From assembly GCA_030153385.1 (NCBI GenBank), contig JASKJN010000001.1:1-58862 (forward strand): 58,862 nt of DNA, written 5' to 3'. Position numbers and translations under genes: made by a program. The DNA comes from Archaeoglobaceae archaeon (lineage in GTDB: Archaea > Halobacteriota > Archaeoglobi > Archaeoglobales > Archaeoglobaceae). The notes below the pieces were generated by a model. It worked only from the letters and a program-made list of their open reading frames with translations. It made no database searches and was not told the origin of the DNA. Below are positions 21,956 to 31,306 of this stretch, one piece after another; position 1 is the first letter of the stretch; the number at the start of each line of letters is the position of its first letter.

Positions 21956-23100
21956 ATTTTCCCAAGAAGCTGTCTTGCAATTATCTGCTTCTGAATCTCC
22001 TTTACACCCTCGTAGATCTCTACAATCTTCGCATCCCTGTAGTATCGCTCCGCAGGATACTCGCCTATGTAGCCATAGCCTCCATGGAACTGCACACACC
22101 AGTCAGCCGCCATTACTGCAGTTTCCCCAGCAAACCACTTCGCCATTGAAGAGAGTTCTGGACGGGCTTTACCGATGCTACAATACCATGCTGCCTGCCA
22201 GGTCAAAAGCCTTGCAGCTTGGATTCTTGTTGCAATCTCAGCAAGCTTGAATTGTGTGTGCTGGAAAGACGCAATTGGCTGGTCAAACTGTTTTCTCTGT
22301 TTGACATAGCTTATTGCCAGTTCAAGGGCTCCCTGAGCGATACCGACACCTTGTGCTGCAACCCTCGGGCGTGTGTGGTTGAAGAACTCCATCAGCTGGT
22401 AGAATCCCTGCCCTGGCTGCCCAAGAATGTTCTCCTCGGGAACTCTGACATCCTTCAGGACGATCTCTGCGGTATCGCTCGCTCTTAAACCGAGCTTGTT
22501 CTTGATTTTTGTAGCCTTGAAACCCTTCCACTTGCTCTCTACAATCGCAAAAGTCAAACCTTCATGCCTCTTTTTGCCTTCAAAAGTTCTCCCGAGGACC
22601 AATACGAAATCACAAACCGTTCCGTTGGTTATGAATGTCTTGGTACCATTAATGACCCACTCGTCCCCTTCCTTAACGATCTTCGTCTTCACACTCGCGA
22701 CATCGCTTCCAGCTCCTGGCTCAGTGGAAGCCATTGCTGAGATCGCATCTTTTTCCGTCACCCATCTCAGATATTTTTCTTTCTGCTCCTCACTGCCAAA
22801 AAGCTCCAGTAGTTCTGTCCCAAAAGTTGAGCTCATGCAGGCATTTCCAAGCCCTGGACTAACTCTGTAGAATTCTTCAGTGACAAGACACTCCTCAAGA
22901 AGAGTTAAACCCATTCCTCCATACTCCTCTGGAATTTTCAAAGTCGAGAATCCAAGCTTTCTGGCCTTCTTTACAAGCTCCATTGGATATTTTTCCTCTC
23001 TATCGCACTCCTCTATCAGTTCCTTCGTAAATTCTTTTTCCGCAAACTCTCTTGCAGCTCTCCTAATATCCTCCTGCTCCTCGGTCAGTTTAAAATCCAT
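21952..23100 (-). CDS. Acyl-CoA dehydrogenase
   Basis: 382 aa with the ACAD N, M and C domains, and the ...RDAKIVEIYEGVKEIQKQIIAR C-terminal signature. Confidence 0.9.
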   Translation of the reverse strand: MDFKLTEEQEDIRRAAREFAEKEFTKELIEECDREEKYPMELVKKARKLGFSTLKIPEEYGGMGLTLLEECLVTEEFYRVSPGLGNACMSSTFGTELLELFGSEEQKEKYLRWVTEKDAISAMASTEPGAGSDVASVKTKIVKEGDEWVINGTKTFITNGTVCDFVLVLGRTFEGKKRHEGLTFAIVESKWKGFKATKIKNKLGLRASDTAEIVLKDVRVPEENILGQPGQGFYQLMEFFNHTRPRVAAQGVGIAQGALELAISYVKQRKQFDQPIASFQHTQFKLAEIATRIQAARLLTWQAAWYCSIGKARPELSSMAKWFAGETAVMAADWCVQFHGGYGYIGEYPAERYYRDAKIVEIYEGVKEIQKQIIARQLLGKI

Positions 23101-23109
23101 AAAAACACC

Positions 23110-23502
23110 TCACAACCTCCTAAACCAGACTTTCCAAACTCCGCTCCCATCTTTTGCTGTGTAGAGAGTGACCTTATCACCTACCTTTAATTCCTCATCA
23201 CTCCAGCCCATAATACGCACATCACCGAAACTTGCGATGACGATTCTATAGGGCTTGCTCCATTCATATCCCGCAGGAATTGAGTGAACAACTGTAAAAC
23301 ACTCCACAACGCCTTCTCCACTCACCTCTGCCCACTCTGTGGTGTTTCCGCAGACACAATCCGCTCTTGGCGGGTAGTAGCTTTTTCCACACTTGCAAAA
23401 AGTCTTGAAAACCTTCCCCTCTTCAAGCCCCTTCCAGAAGCGTTCAGTCTTACCGACGGGAATTTTATGTTTCATTTTGAGTTCTCTGCTCTCTATGATC
23501 AT
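23110..23502 (-). CDS. Zn-ribbon / OB-fold protein (DUF35 family), thiolase-associated
   Basis: CKCGKSYYPPRADCVCG zinc ribbon followed by an OB-fold segment. It lies immediately downstream of a thiolase, the usual archaeal pairing. Confidence 0.75.
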   Translation of the reverse strand: MIIESRELKMKHKIPVGKTERFWKGLEEGKVFKTFCKCGKSYYPPRADCVCGNTTEWAEVSGEGVVECFTVVHSIPAGYEWSKPYRIVIASFGDVRIMGWSDEELKVGDKVTLYTAKDGSGVWKVWFRRL

Positions 23503-23506
23503 ATTC

Positions 23507-24664
23507 TCACCTCCCCAAAATGAAAACCCAGGCAAAATGCCCTGTTCCCCCGACGTTGTGTGTTAGAGCTCTGTAGTGCTTCAGATCAACCTGAAGGCTT
23601 CCAGCCTCCTCGCGGAGCTGTTTCACTGCCTCGTATACCATTGCAACTCCAGTTGCTCCCAGTGGATGTCCTTTGGCTTTAAGTCCACCAAAGGTGTTCA
23701 CAGGTATCTTGCCTCCGAAATCGGACTCGCCGTTTTCAACGAACTTCCCTCCTTCGCCCTTTTTGCAAAATCCAAGATCTTCGTATGCCATGATCTCTGC
23801 AATTGTGAAGCAATCGTGAACTGTTGCTATATCGAAGCTTTTGAGCGGATCTGTGATCTTTGCACCCTTATACGCCATTTCTGCCGCCATTCTTGTCGCC
23901 TTCAGCCCAACATAGTTTTCTCTCATGGTCATGTTTGAAGTGTCTGAAGAATAGCCGACACTCTCGATCCATATGGGATCGAATCCATGTTCTTTCACCG
24001 CTTTCTCGCTTGCTAAAATCGCTGCGGAAGCTCCATCGCTGATCGGAGAGCAATCATAAAGTTTCAGGGGATAGGTTATCATTCTCGAGTTTAGAACATC
24101 CTCAACAGTTATCTCCTTTTGGAAGTGGGCTTTTGGATTCTTTGCAGCATTTCTGTGTGCTTTAACCGCTGCTAAAGCTAACTGCCTCTCTGTTGTGCCA
24201 TATTTTGCCATGTGAGCTGTCGCATGCATTGCATAGTAAGCGGGGAAGGTTGTGCCATAAAAGTGGAATTCCCACAAATAGTTCCCCGCTCTGCCCCCTA
24301 TCGCTGCGGAAGTTGCGGTATCAACTTCTGTCATTTTCTCAACTCCTATAGCTATTGCAATATCCGCAATTCCAGCCTTGATCGAAGAATAGGCTGAGTA
24401 AACGGCAGCACTGCCTGTAGCGCATGCTGCTTCAACTCTTATCGGTCCTTTGCCCGTAAAACCGCAGTATTCGTTAACAACGACAGCAGGCATCAATTCA
24501 TAGCCTCTTGTGCCTACACATCCCACAACGCTCAGATCTATATCCTCTTGACCAACATCAGCATCCTTTAAAGCTTCACTAACAGCTTCGAAGGCAAGTT
24601 CTTGGATCGTGACATCTCTTGTGCCAAACTTTGAGCATCCTACACCAATAACACCAACCTTCAT
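23507..24664 (-). CDS. Thiolase (acetyl-CoA C-acyltransferase, SCP-x-like archaeal type)
   Basis: 385 aa. Active-site Cys context VEAACATGSAA and C-terminal HPLGATG...NVGGTG. Confidence 0.85.
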   Translation of the reverse strand: MKVGVIGVGCSKFGTRDVTIQELAFEAVSEALKDADVGQEDIDLSVVGCVGTRGYELMPAVVVNEYCGFTGKGPIRVEAACATGSAAVYSAYSSIKAGIADIAIAIGVEKMTEVDTATSAAIGGRAGNYLWEFHFYGTTFPAYYAMHATAHMAKYGTTERQLALAAVKAHRNAAKNPKAHFQKEITVEDVLNSRMITYPLKLYDCSPISDGASAAILASEKAVKEHGFDPIWIESVGYSSDTSNMTMRENYVGLKATRMAAEMAYKGAKITDPLKSFDIATVHDCFTIAEIMAYEDLGFCKKGEGGKFVENGESDFGGKIPVNTFGGLKAKGHPLGATGVAMVYEAVKQLREEAGSLQVDLKHYRALTHNVGGTGHFAWVFILGR

Positions 24665-24721
24665 TGCACTAACTTACATCACCAATTAAAAAACTTTTCG
24701 CATTTTACGAAGATAGGATTT

Positions 24722-25228
24722 TTATAAAATAATCGTTCTCCTATGGTCTTTGTGTGTTTTTGAGGCAATGAAGGTATGCAGATGGTTTATTCGGATGTCG
24801 TGCTTCTTAAACCATTCCATAAACTTTCTTCTCTCCGTTCTGTATTCCTCAACGTCTTTATAACGCACTATGAGGCAGAGGTCATACTGCGAACCCACAG
24901 TTTCGAAGATATTCTCAACAAAGTCCAATTTCTTGAAATGTTCGATTATTTCGTCTAACCTGCTCTTTGACTCTATATCGAAATCGATCAATATTACAGC
25001 GAGCATGCTTATCCCGAGTTTCTGGTAGTTAGCAACCCAGTAACCCTCCTTGAGTTTTATCAGATATCCCTGCTCCTCCAAGGACTTTATTCTGTTCTGA
25101 ACAGTTCGCAGGGTTACACCAACTCTCAATGCTATCTCATTCTGGGTTTTTCCCTGGAGTATGTATTGGATGATCTTTTTATCTACTTCATCCAAAACCT
25201 TTCGCATACTGTGAAAATTAACAGCCAA
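24722..25228 (-). CDS. Lrp/AsnC-like transcriptional regulator (HTH plus ligand-binding domain)
   Basis: HTH segment KTQNEIALRVGVTLRTVQNRIKSLEEQGYL followed by an alpha/beta RAM-like domain. Start uncertain (25228 or 25207). Confidence 0.65.
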   Translation of the reverse strand: MAVNFHSMRKVLDEVDKKIIQYILQGKTQNEIALRVGVTLRTVQNRIKSLEEQGYLIKLKEGYWVANYQKLGISMLAVILIDFDIESKSRLDEIIEHFKKLDFVENIFETVGSQYDLCLIVRYKDVEEYRTERRKFMEWFKKHDIRINHLHTFIASKTHKDHRRTIIL

Positions 25229-25241
25229 TATATAATTCTTT

Positions 25242-25967
25242 TCATGGGTTAACGAAAAATCTTCCCATCCCTAATCGAAGTCCTCTTTTAACACTCTCAA
25301 GGACAAAAATTCTTGCTTTCCTGACCGCGAACTCAAGATCGCCCATGGCCAAATAACAGGCCAAGGCGGAGCTGTAAACACATCCTGTTCCGTGAAAACT
25401 TCCTGTAATCAACTCAGCATCTACAAAGTAGATCTTTCCCCTTTCACAGACAACATCTTTGCCCTTCAGTTCTCCTCCAGTTATAACAACAGAGCAACCG
25501 TATTTGTTGAAGATCTCCAATGCAAGCTCCTCTGGATCTTCTTTCAACCCAAAAATTCTCGCCTCTGAATAATTCGGTGTTATCACACTTGCTTCTGGCA
25601 TCAAAAGCTCGTAGGCGGACTTATCTCCAAGCTTCCCTCCAACGCTTGCGTTAAGCACAGGATCAAGAACTTTGGGACATTCAAGCTTTTTCATGCAATC
25701 CATTACAGCCTTTGCGACCTCGAGATTCGGTATCACACCGATCTTAACAGCTGAGAACTCAAAATCCTCCAATAATAAAGAGAATTGCTCTTTGATTAGT
25801 TCGGGTGGAACGGGGTATACATTGCAGAGTTTTCTGGCGTTTTGAGTTGTCAGTGCAGTAATTATGGAACATGGATGAAAGCCTATCGCCTTTACCGTTT
25901 TTATATCCGCACTTACTCCCGCTCCACCGCTTGGATCGAGAGCGGAGATAGTTAAGATGAATTTCAT
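25242..25967 (-). CDS. thiD: Hydroxymethylpyrimidine/phosphomethylpyrimidine kinase
   Basis: ISALDPSGGAGVSADIKT N-terminal signature and a ribokinase-like fold with GTGCVYSSALA near the C-terminus. Confidence 0.8.
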   Translation of the reverse strand: MKFILTISALDPSGGAGVSADIKTVKAIGFHPCSIITALTTQNARKLCNVYPVPPELIKEQFSLLLEDFEFSAVKIGVIPNLEVAKAVMDCMKKLECPKVLDPVLNASVGGKLGDKSAYELLMPEASVITPNYSEARIFGLKEDPEELALEIFNKYGCSVVITGGELKGKDVVCERGKIYFVDAELITGSFHGTGCVYSSALACYLAMGDLEFAVRKARIFVLESVKRGLRLGMGRFFVNP

Positions 25968-25982
25968 AAAAATTATAAAAAT

Positions 25983-26876
25983 TTAAAACAGGTCTTTGAG
26001 GTTTATTATGTGCTTTCCAAGCTTTCCGCCATAGTTTCCAGCGGTGATCTTCACAACCCCTGGGATCTTTGTCGCAGCAAGAATCCCCACTCTCGTCGCT
26101 TTCTTTACCACGTCGACGTTGAGCCCGTTTATGACGATCTCGTAAACAGCCTTTACCCCTGGCGGAATCTGGGAACCTTCGACCTTCTCACGAATCGTTG
26201 GAGCGAACTTCTCGTTGGTTGAGGCTTTCAAGAACTTGTATTTATTCGCCCCAACCTTCGAGCCAGACGCAACGATCCCGCCGGGGAATGGCGTGATCAC
26301 CCCTTCAACTTCTGCAATCGCATCGACTGCTGCTTTGGCTGCAGCCAGTGCGGATGGCTGGTTTTCGCCCATTATGAAGAAGTTTCCACCGGCAATTCCG
26401 TTTACATAGCTAAAGTGGCTCTCAACTATGAACTCTCCTTGCATCATCGGTATTGCATAGCATTTTCTTCCTCCAACTTCTACCTCTCTCTCGAAACCAT
26501 CTCCAAAGAATTTTAGCTTGAATCCTGTGTCGAACTTATCCTGTACATCTGGCAAACCATTGAAAGCTGCTGTAGTGGGCGCGGTCAGCACACACTGCCC
26601 AAGCCTTGCAAGCAACTGCTCCTCAAGCCCCTTCTTGCTCATGTGGCAAATCTGGATGTAATACCCCGGTCTGCCATCGGGAGTTTCAGACTGCAAGGCC
26701 TTCTTCTCGATCCCAGCCTCAGCGGGGCACATGATCACAGACGTTCCAAAGCCTGTAGCTTCATTTGCAGCCACCCATGCCCAGTAGTAGTCGTATGCAG
26801 TTATTAAAACCCTCGAAATCTTTATGTCGAAGGCTTCCGCAAAAGTCTCTTCCACCTCTACACCATTCACCTTCAT
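25983..26876 (-). CDS. ftr: Formylmethanofuran:tetrahydromethanopterin N-formyltransferase
   Basis: MKVNGVEVEETFAEAFDIKISRVLITA...WAWVAANEATGFGTSVIMCPAEAGIE. The 297-aa length and sequence are typical of Ftr. Confidence 0.9.
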   Translation of the reverse strand: MKVNGVEVEETFAEAFDIKISRVLITAYDYYWAWVAANEATGFGTSVIMCPAEAGIEKKALQSETPDGRPGYYIQICHMSKKGLEEQLLARLGQCVLTAPTTAAFNGLPDVQDKFDTGFKLKFFGDGFEREVEVGGRKCYAIPMMQGEFIVESHFSYVNGIAGGNFFIMGENQPSALAAAKAAVDAIAEVEGVITPFPGGIVASGSKVGANKYKFLKASTNEKFAPTIREKVEGSQIPPGVKAVYEIVINGLNVDVVKKATRVGILAATKIPGVVKITAGNYGGKLGKHIINLKDLF

Positions 26877-26920
26877 CCGATCACCAACGCAAGTTAGGAA
26901 GTCAAGATTTAAACCTTTTC

Positions 26921-26973
26921 AATTTGCTCTAAGATCCCAGGTTAGAGCCAGAACACGAATTCCAATTTGCTCG
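26921..26973. promoter_or_regulatory. Two copies of CAATTTGCTC, 43 nt apart, in the divergent ftr / wHTH intergenic region
   Basis: Exact 10-mers at 26921-26930 and 26964-26973, between TATA-like elements for both flanking genes. Confidence 0.35.
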
Positions 26974-27016
26974 AAAACACCAAAAGGTTTAATATTCAGA
27001 AGTTTAAAGATTAATT

Positions 27017-27271
27017 ATGGCTGAAAAGGTTAGAGACAGGGAGCATCATGAAAAGCTTTTTAAGGCATCATTGAGCCCGGCGAGGCGTGAAATCGTTCGT
27101 GCGATAGGTATTCATGGTAAAAGTATGGATGAGTTGAAAAAAGAGCTGAAATTATCTGAATTCCAGCTGAAATTCAACATTGATTGGCTCTTAAGAGAGG
27201 GTTTTGTAAAAGAAGAGAATGGAATTCTCAAGCTTACAGAAGACGGTATAGAGCTACTCAATGTGAGCTGA
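27017..27271 (+). CDS. Small winged-helix (ArsR/MarR-like) DNA-binding protein
   Basis: 84 aa: ARREIVRAIGIHGKSMDELKKELKLSEFQLKFNIDWLLREGFVKEENGILKLTEDG (HTH plus wing). Confidence 0.6.
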   Translation: MAEKVRDREHHEKLFKASLSPARREIVRAIGIHGKSMDELKKELKLSEFQLKFNIDWLLREGFVKEENGILKLTEDGIELLNVS

Positions 27272-27290
27272 AGATTAAAAAATTTAAGAT

Positions 27291-28478
27291 TTATTCATAT
27301 CCAAATTTTTTAAGAAGCTCCGAAAGCTTTCCTTCTTTCAAGGTCTTTGCAGGTTCGAATATCTTCTTTCCGTAGAATTTGGCGAGCTCTTCAAGTCTTG
27401 CAGAGATTTCAACATCGCTTAAATTCTTAGCAATCTCAAAGGGGCCAAATGGTCGATTGTATCCAAGCTTCAATGCGGTGTCTATATCTTGCGGTGTTGC
27501 AACGCCCATCTCAACAAGTTTTACCGCCTCATTGATCTCAACGAACATGAAGTCCATCGGGTTTATTTTCTCAGATGCTTTGCTCAAATCGATCTCTGGC
27601 CTTCCCTTGCTCCAGTCATACCAGCCCTTTCCACTCTTTGCCCCGAGTTTTCCCGTTTTAACCATCTCTTCAAGGAACTCTGGAGGTTTGTAATCTGGTC
27701 CGATCGTCTTCTCGTAATATTGGAGTATGTGGTATTGTGTATCAATGCCGACATAGTCCATTAGCTCGAATGGTCCCATTGGCTGGCCCATGCTCTTCAT
27801 CTTTGCATCAACTTCCTCTGGCGTGGCAACACCCTTTTCTATGATCCCAAGCAGTAGCACGCTGCTTGGTGCGGTAACTCTATTCGCGATGAAGCCAGGG
27901 ACATCCTTTTCAACCCTTACCGGTACCTTTCCGATGCTTTTCACGAAGTCGACCAAGAGATCCATTACTTCATTGCTCGTCTTCTCTCCCCTTATCACTT
28001 CAACAAGCTTCATAAGGACTGGGGGATTGAAGAAGTGCAATCCCGCAAATCTGTCTGGCCTTTCTGTTGCCTTTGAGAGTTCCGTAATGCTCATTGTCGA
28101 AGTATTGCTTGTGAATATGCAATCACGCTTTGCAAACCTATCACATTCTTTGAATGTCTGAACCTTCAGATCGAAGATTTCGGGAATCGCTTCTATTATC
28201 AGATCTGCGTCCTTCACAGCTTCTTCAAGGCTTAAAACTGGCTTAATTCTTCCAAGAATTGTGTTTGCTGGCTCTTTTAGCTTTCCCTTTGACTCCATTT
28301 TCACAAGGCTATCCTTTATCATGCTCATTCCTTTGTCCAGGAATTCCTGCTTTATGTCTCTCATGGCAACCTCGTATCCAGCCATTGCACAGACTTCTGC
28401 AATTCCATGACCCATCAAACCCGCCCCAAGAACTGCTATCTTTTTAATTCTGGCCTTGGCATCCATTTTTACCACCAT
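27291..28478 (-). CDS. 3-hydroxyacyl-CoA dehydrogenase (NAD-binding plus C-terminal domains)
   Basis: Rossmann motif IAVLGAGLMGHGIA, and the HFFNPP and PGFIANR signatures. An alternative ATG at 28466 is preceded by GGTGG. Confidence 0.85.
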   Translation of the reverse strand: MVVKMDAKARIKKIAVLGAGLMGHGIAEVCAMAGYEVAMRDIKQEFLDKGMSMIKDSLVKMESKGKLKEPANTILGRIKPVLSLEEAVKDADLIIEAIPEIFDLKVQTFKECDRFAKRDCIFTSNTSTMSITELSKATERPDRFAGLHFFNPPVLMKLVEVIRGEKTSNEVMDLLVDFVKSIGKVPVRVEKDVPGFIANRVTAPSSVLLLGIIEKGVATPEEVDAKMKSMGQPMGPFELMDYVGIDTQYHILQYYEKTIGPDYKPPEFLEEMVKTGKLGAKSGKGWYDWSKGRPEIDLSKASEKINPMDFMFVEINEAVKLVEMGVATPQDIDTALKLGYNRPFGPFEIAKNLSDVEISARLEELAKFYGKKIFEPAKTLKEGKLSELLKKFGYE

Positions 28479-28524
28479 TTAAAACGATTTGCCCTAATTT
28501 AATAATCTTTCCATTTTTTCCCGC

Positions 28525-29640
28525 TCATGTAACGACCTCTCCTAACCTCCCCAATTCCTTTGCCTTCTTTATCTCCATCATGCTCAGATCTAGCGGATCC
28601 TCGATTCTCACACCATGCTTTAGCGAGAGATTTCTCATCTCGGGAGATGTTGGCCCAATTGCTGGGTCTCCCGGGACTCTGAAGGAAATATCAAATACAA
28701 CAAACTCGAGCTCTTCAGTTGGTGAATAAGCCATTGCCCCCTGAAGTCCAAAAAGCCCTATGATCCCCGGTGGTATTTCCTCAGCACAAGCCTCGATCAG
28801 TCTTTCCGCATATTCGTAAACGATTTCCTGTTTGCTCTCTCTCATCGTCACGCCGAAGTGCCCAATCTCCTCGTTCTTCACAGGAACGTTGATCTTGAGC
28901 TGTTCCCTTGCAGGCAGATTTAGAAAGCCTTGAAGATTTACCTGTCTGCGATCGCTGAAGCCCACGAAGTCGAAGTTGCCAAAAACGTCTTTGAGTGCAT
29001 AGCTGTGGAAGTTAGCATTGAATCTCGCCCCCAGAACGTATTCTTCTATTCTGGCCATCTTTAACCCCTCTTCACTGATGACTCCAGCCTTCAAAAGCTC
29101 TTCAGCTTGCCTGTAGTAATCTTCAGGCGAGACTGCATAGAAGAATGCTCTTTCGAGTGGATTCTTCGCTTGCTGGACTTTTACAATCACAAGCCGATCA
29201 ATTTCTTCTGGGGACTTGAATTCCTTCGGGAACCTTATATTGGCTTTTTTCATTAAATAATACTGATTTTTCTGCTCATTTCTTTCCTCAGCTCTCAGCA
29301 GGAATCTGTTTCCATATATCGGCACTTTCAACTTTTTCTCGATTCCATCGTAGCCAACATAAACCGCAAAGCTCCTGTTTGGGATCAGAATCGTGTTAAG
29401 CTCGATTAACTTCTCTTGGACCTCTTCGTTAAGCATATCTTTGAAAGAGTCGAGAACGATGATGTGATCGTATAAGTGCCTGTTGAACTTAGTATACAGC
29501 CTGTCTCTTCCCCTCTGCACAACGATTGCGGTCTTGAATCCCCAAGCTTTCGCAGAAACTCCTATCTCCTTTGCAGAATGTGAACCAAAGATTCCGATCG
29601 TTACGTCTTCGTAGCTCTCAACAATCTTTTTCGGATCCAT
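28525..29640 (-). CDS. purP: 5-formaminoimidazole-4-carboxamide ribonucleotide (FAICAR) synthetase, ATP-grasp, archaeal PurP
   Basis: N-terminus ...TIGIFGSHSAKEIGVSAKAWGFKT and overall length/sequence pattern of PurP. Recognised from memory of the family, not from a search. Confidence 0.75.
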   Translation of the reverse strand: MDPKKIVESYEDVTIGIFGSHSAKEIGVSAKAWGFKTAIVVQRGRDRLYTKFNRHLYDHIIVLDSFKDMLNEEVQEKLIELNTILIPNRSFAVYVGYDGIEKKLKVPIYGNRFLLRAEERNEQKNQYYLMKKANIRFPKEFKSPEEIDRLVIVKVQQAKNPLERAFFYAVSPEDYYRQAEELLKAGVISEEGLKMARIEEYVLGARFNANFHSYALKDVFGNFDFVGFSDRRQVNLQGFLNLPAREQLKINVPVKNEEIGHFGVTMRESKQEIVYEYAERLIEACAEEIPPGIIGLFGLQGAMAYSPTEELEFVVFDISFRVPGDPAIGPTSPEMRNLSLKHGVRIEDPLDLSMMEIKKAKELGRLGEVVT

Positions 29641-29659
29641 AAAAGCAATCTGATTCCGG

Positions 29660-30628
29660 CTAAATTATCTTTACTATCCTCTCATGTAGCTCGTAAAGTC
29701 TGTCCGCAAGATCCTTCAGGAATTCCGAATCCTCTAAATTCTCTATAAATCTTTTTGGGATTTTTTCCACCCCTTCTGCACCTTTTATAGCACCAGTAAT
29801 TGCGGAAATTGAATCCGTATCGCCACCGCAGTTTGCGGATTTCAAAACAGCACTCTCAAATCCTTCTGAAGAGAAGACACAGTAGAAGCTCATGGGAACC
29901 GCTTCGAGTGCAGAAATCGAGTTTCCAAGCTTTTCAACTGCATAATCTAAATCTTTATCTCTGATCTCGTATGCAAACCTTATCTTATCGGATAGAAGCG
30001 GATCATGCTTCTCCGCTCTTTTACAAACTTCTTCGAGCATTTCCTCATCGCTGAAATCGAGGAGTTTGCATGCAATCGCTATTGCTACCGCCACCGCTCC
30101 AGCAATCGCTGCAGGACCTTTGTGTGTGACTCTTGATGAGATCTCTGCATAGCTTTCCAATAGGTTGAAGTTGAAATGGTAAACTAACCCGATGGGAGCA
30201 ACACGCATGGCAGATCCGCATGTTTCAGAAAAAATTCCAGAAGTGTTCCAAGTGGCGCCACGAAGCAGATTCATAACCGCAGCTTTAGTCGTCGGACCAA
30301 CCCTTCGTCCTCCAGAGAGATACCATTTCTTGAGCCTTTCAGCGAAATTCTGCGGGTCAAGATAAACAGTTTCCAGAATAGACTCTGCAAGAACTATCAT
30401 TTGCTCAGTATCATCTGTCCACTGTCCTGCTCTGAGATCACCGTATGGAGAGGGCAAAAAATCCCGAACTTCTCCAAAAATCTGTCTTATCTTCTCTCTA
30501 GCTAATCCCTCGCATGGCATTCCCAGTGCATCTCCTATTGCGAGACCCAGAATGCAACCCTCAAATCTCCCAATCACGCTCAACACCTTATTTTTGGGGA
30601 TAGAAATGCTTATTAATGATTCTATCAT
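29660..30628 (-). CDS. ADP-ribosylglycohydrolase family protein
   Basis: GLAIGDALGMPCEG, WTDDTEQM and CGGDTDSISAITGAIKGA motifs. Start is ATG 30628 or GTG 30646. Confidence 0.8.
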   Translation of the reverse strand: MIESLISISIPKNKVLSVIGRFEGCILGLAIGDALGMPCEGLAREKIRQIFGEVRDFLPSPYGDLRAGQWTDDTEQMIVLAESILETVYLDPQNFAERLKKWYLSGGRRVGPTTKAAVMNLLRGATWNTSGIFSETCGSAMRVAPIGLVYHFNFNLLESYAEISSRVTHKGPAAIAGAVAVAIAIACKLLDFSDEEMLEEVCKRAEKHDPLLSDKIRFAYEIRDKDLDYAVEKLGNSISALEAVPMSFYCVFSSEGFESAVLKSANCGGDTDSISAITGAIKGAEGVEKIPKRFIENLEDSEFLKDLADRLYELHERIVKII

Positions 30629-30637
30629 GCTCGTTCC

Positions 30638-31306
30638 ATGAAGCACCGAATTTTGTCCAGACCGAGTTACAGCTTGCTCGAGCTTGAGCTTGAAAACAGC
30701 GAAGAGGTCCTTGCTGAATCGGGAGCGATGGTATATATGCGAAACGTTGATATCTCCCCAGAAATGAAGGGTGGACTTTTATCCGGGCTTAAGAGGAGTT
30801 TCCTTGGTGGTGAATCCTTCTTTGTGAACAGATTTGTTTCGAAAGGCAAAGGGCTTCTTGGCCTATCCCCAAGCTACAATGGAGATATCGCTCACATAAA
30901 ACTCCTTGGAAAACTCTACGCTCAGAGTGGGGCTTTTTTGGCTTCGTCGCCAGATCTGAAGATAGATGTGAAATGGGGAGGGGCGAAGACTTTTTTCGCT
31001 GGTGAAGGGCTTTTTCTGCTAAAGCTCGAAGGTAGCGGGGATCTCTTTCTCTCTTCATTCGGAGGAATTGAAGAAATAAATGTCGATGGTTCACTTTCCG
31101 TCGACACCGGGCACATCGTTGCTTTCGAAGAAACTCTGGACTTCAGGATAAGAAAGGCGGGTGGATTGAAGGCAACTATTTTCAGTGGAGAAGGATTAGT
31201 AGCGGAGTTCAGCGGAGAGGGGAAGGTTTGGATTCAGACGAGGTCGATAGCGGAGTATATAGGGTGGTTGGTGTCGCTACTGCCTAAGCAAAGCGGGAGG
31301 TCTTAA
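30638..31306 (+). CDS. AIM24 / DUF124 (TIGR00266) family protein
   Basis: ESGAMVYM...GGESFF...GEGLFLLKLEGSGDLFLSSFGGI...DTGHIVAFE...FSGEGLVAEFSGEGKVWIQTRS, the family pattern. Confidence 0.75.
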   Translation: MKHRILSRPSYSLLELELENSEEVLAESGAMVYMRNVDISPEMKGGLLSGLKRSFLGGESFFVNRFVSKGKGLLGLSPSYNGDIAHIKLLGKLYAQSGAFLASSPDLKIDVKWGGAKTFFAGEGLFLLKLEGSGDLFLSSFGGIEEINVDGSLSVDTGHIVAFEETLDFRIRKAGGLKATIFSGEGLVAEFSGEGKVWIQTRSIAEYIGWLVSLLPKQSGRS

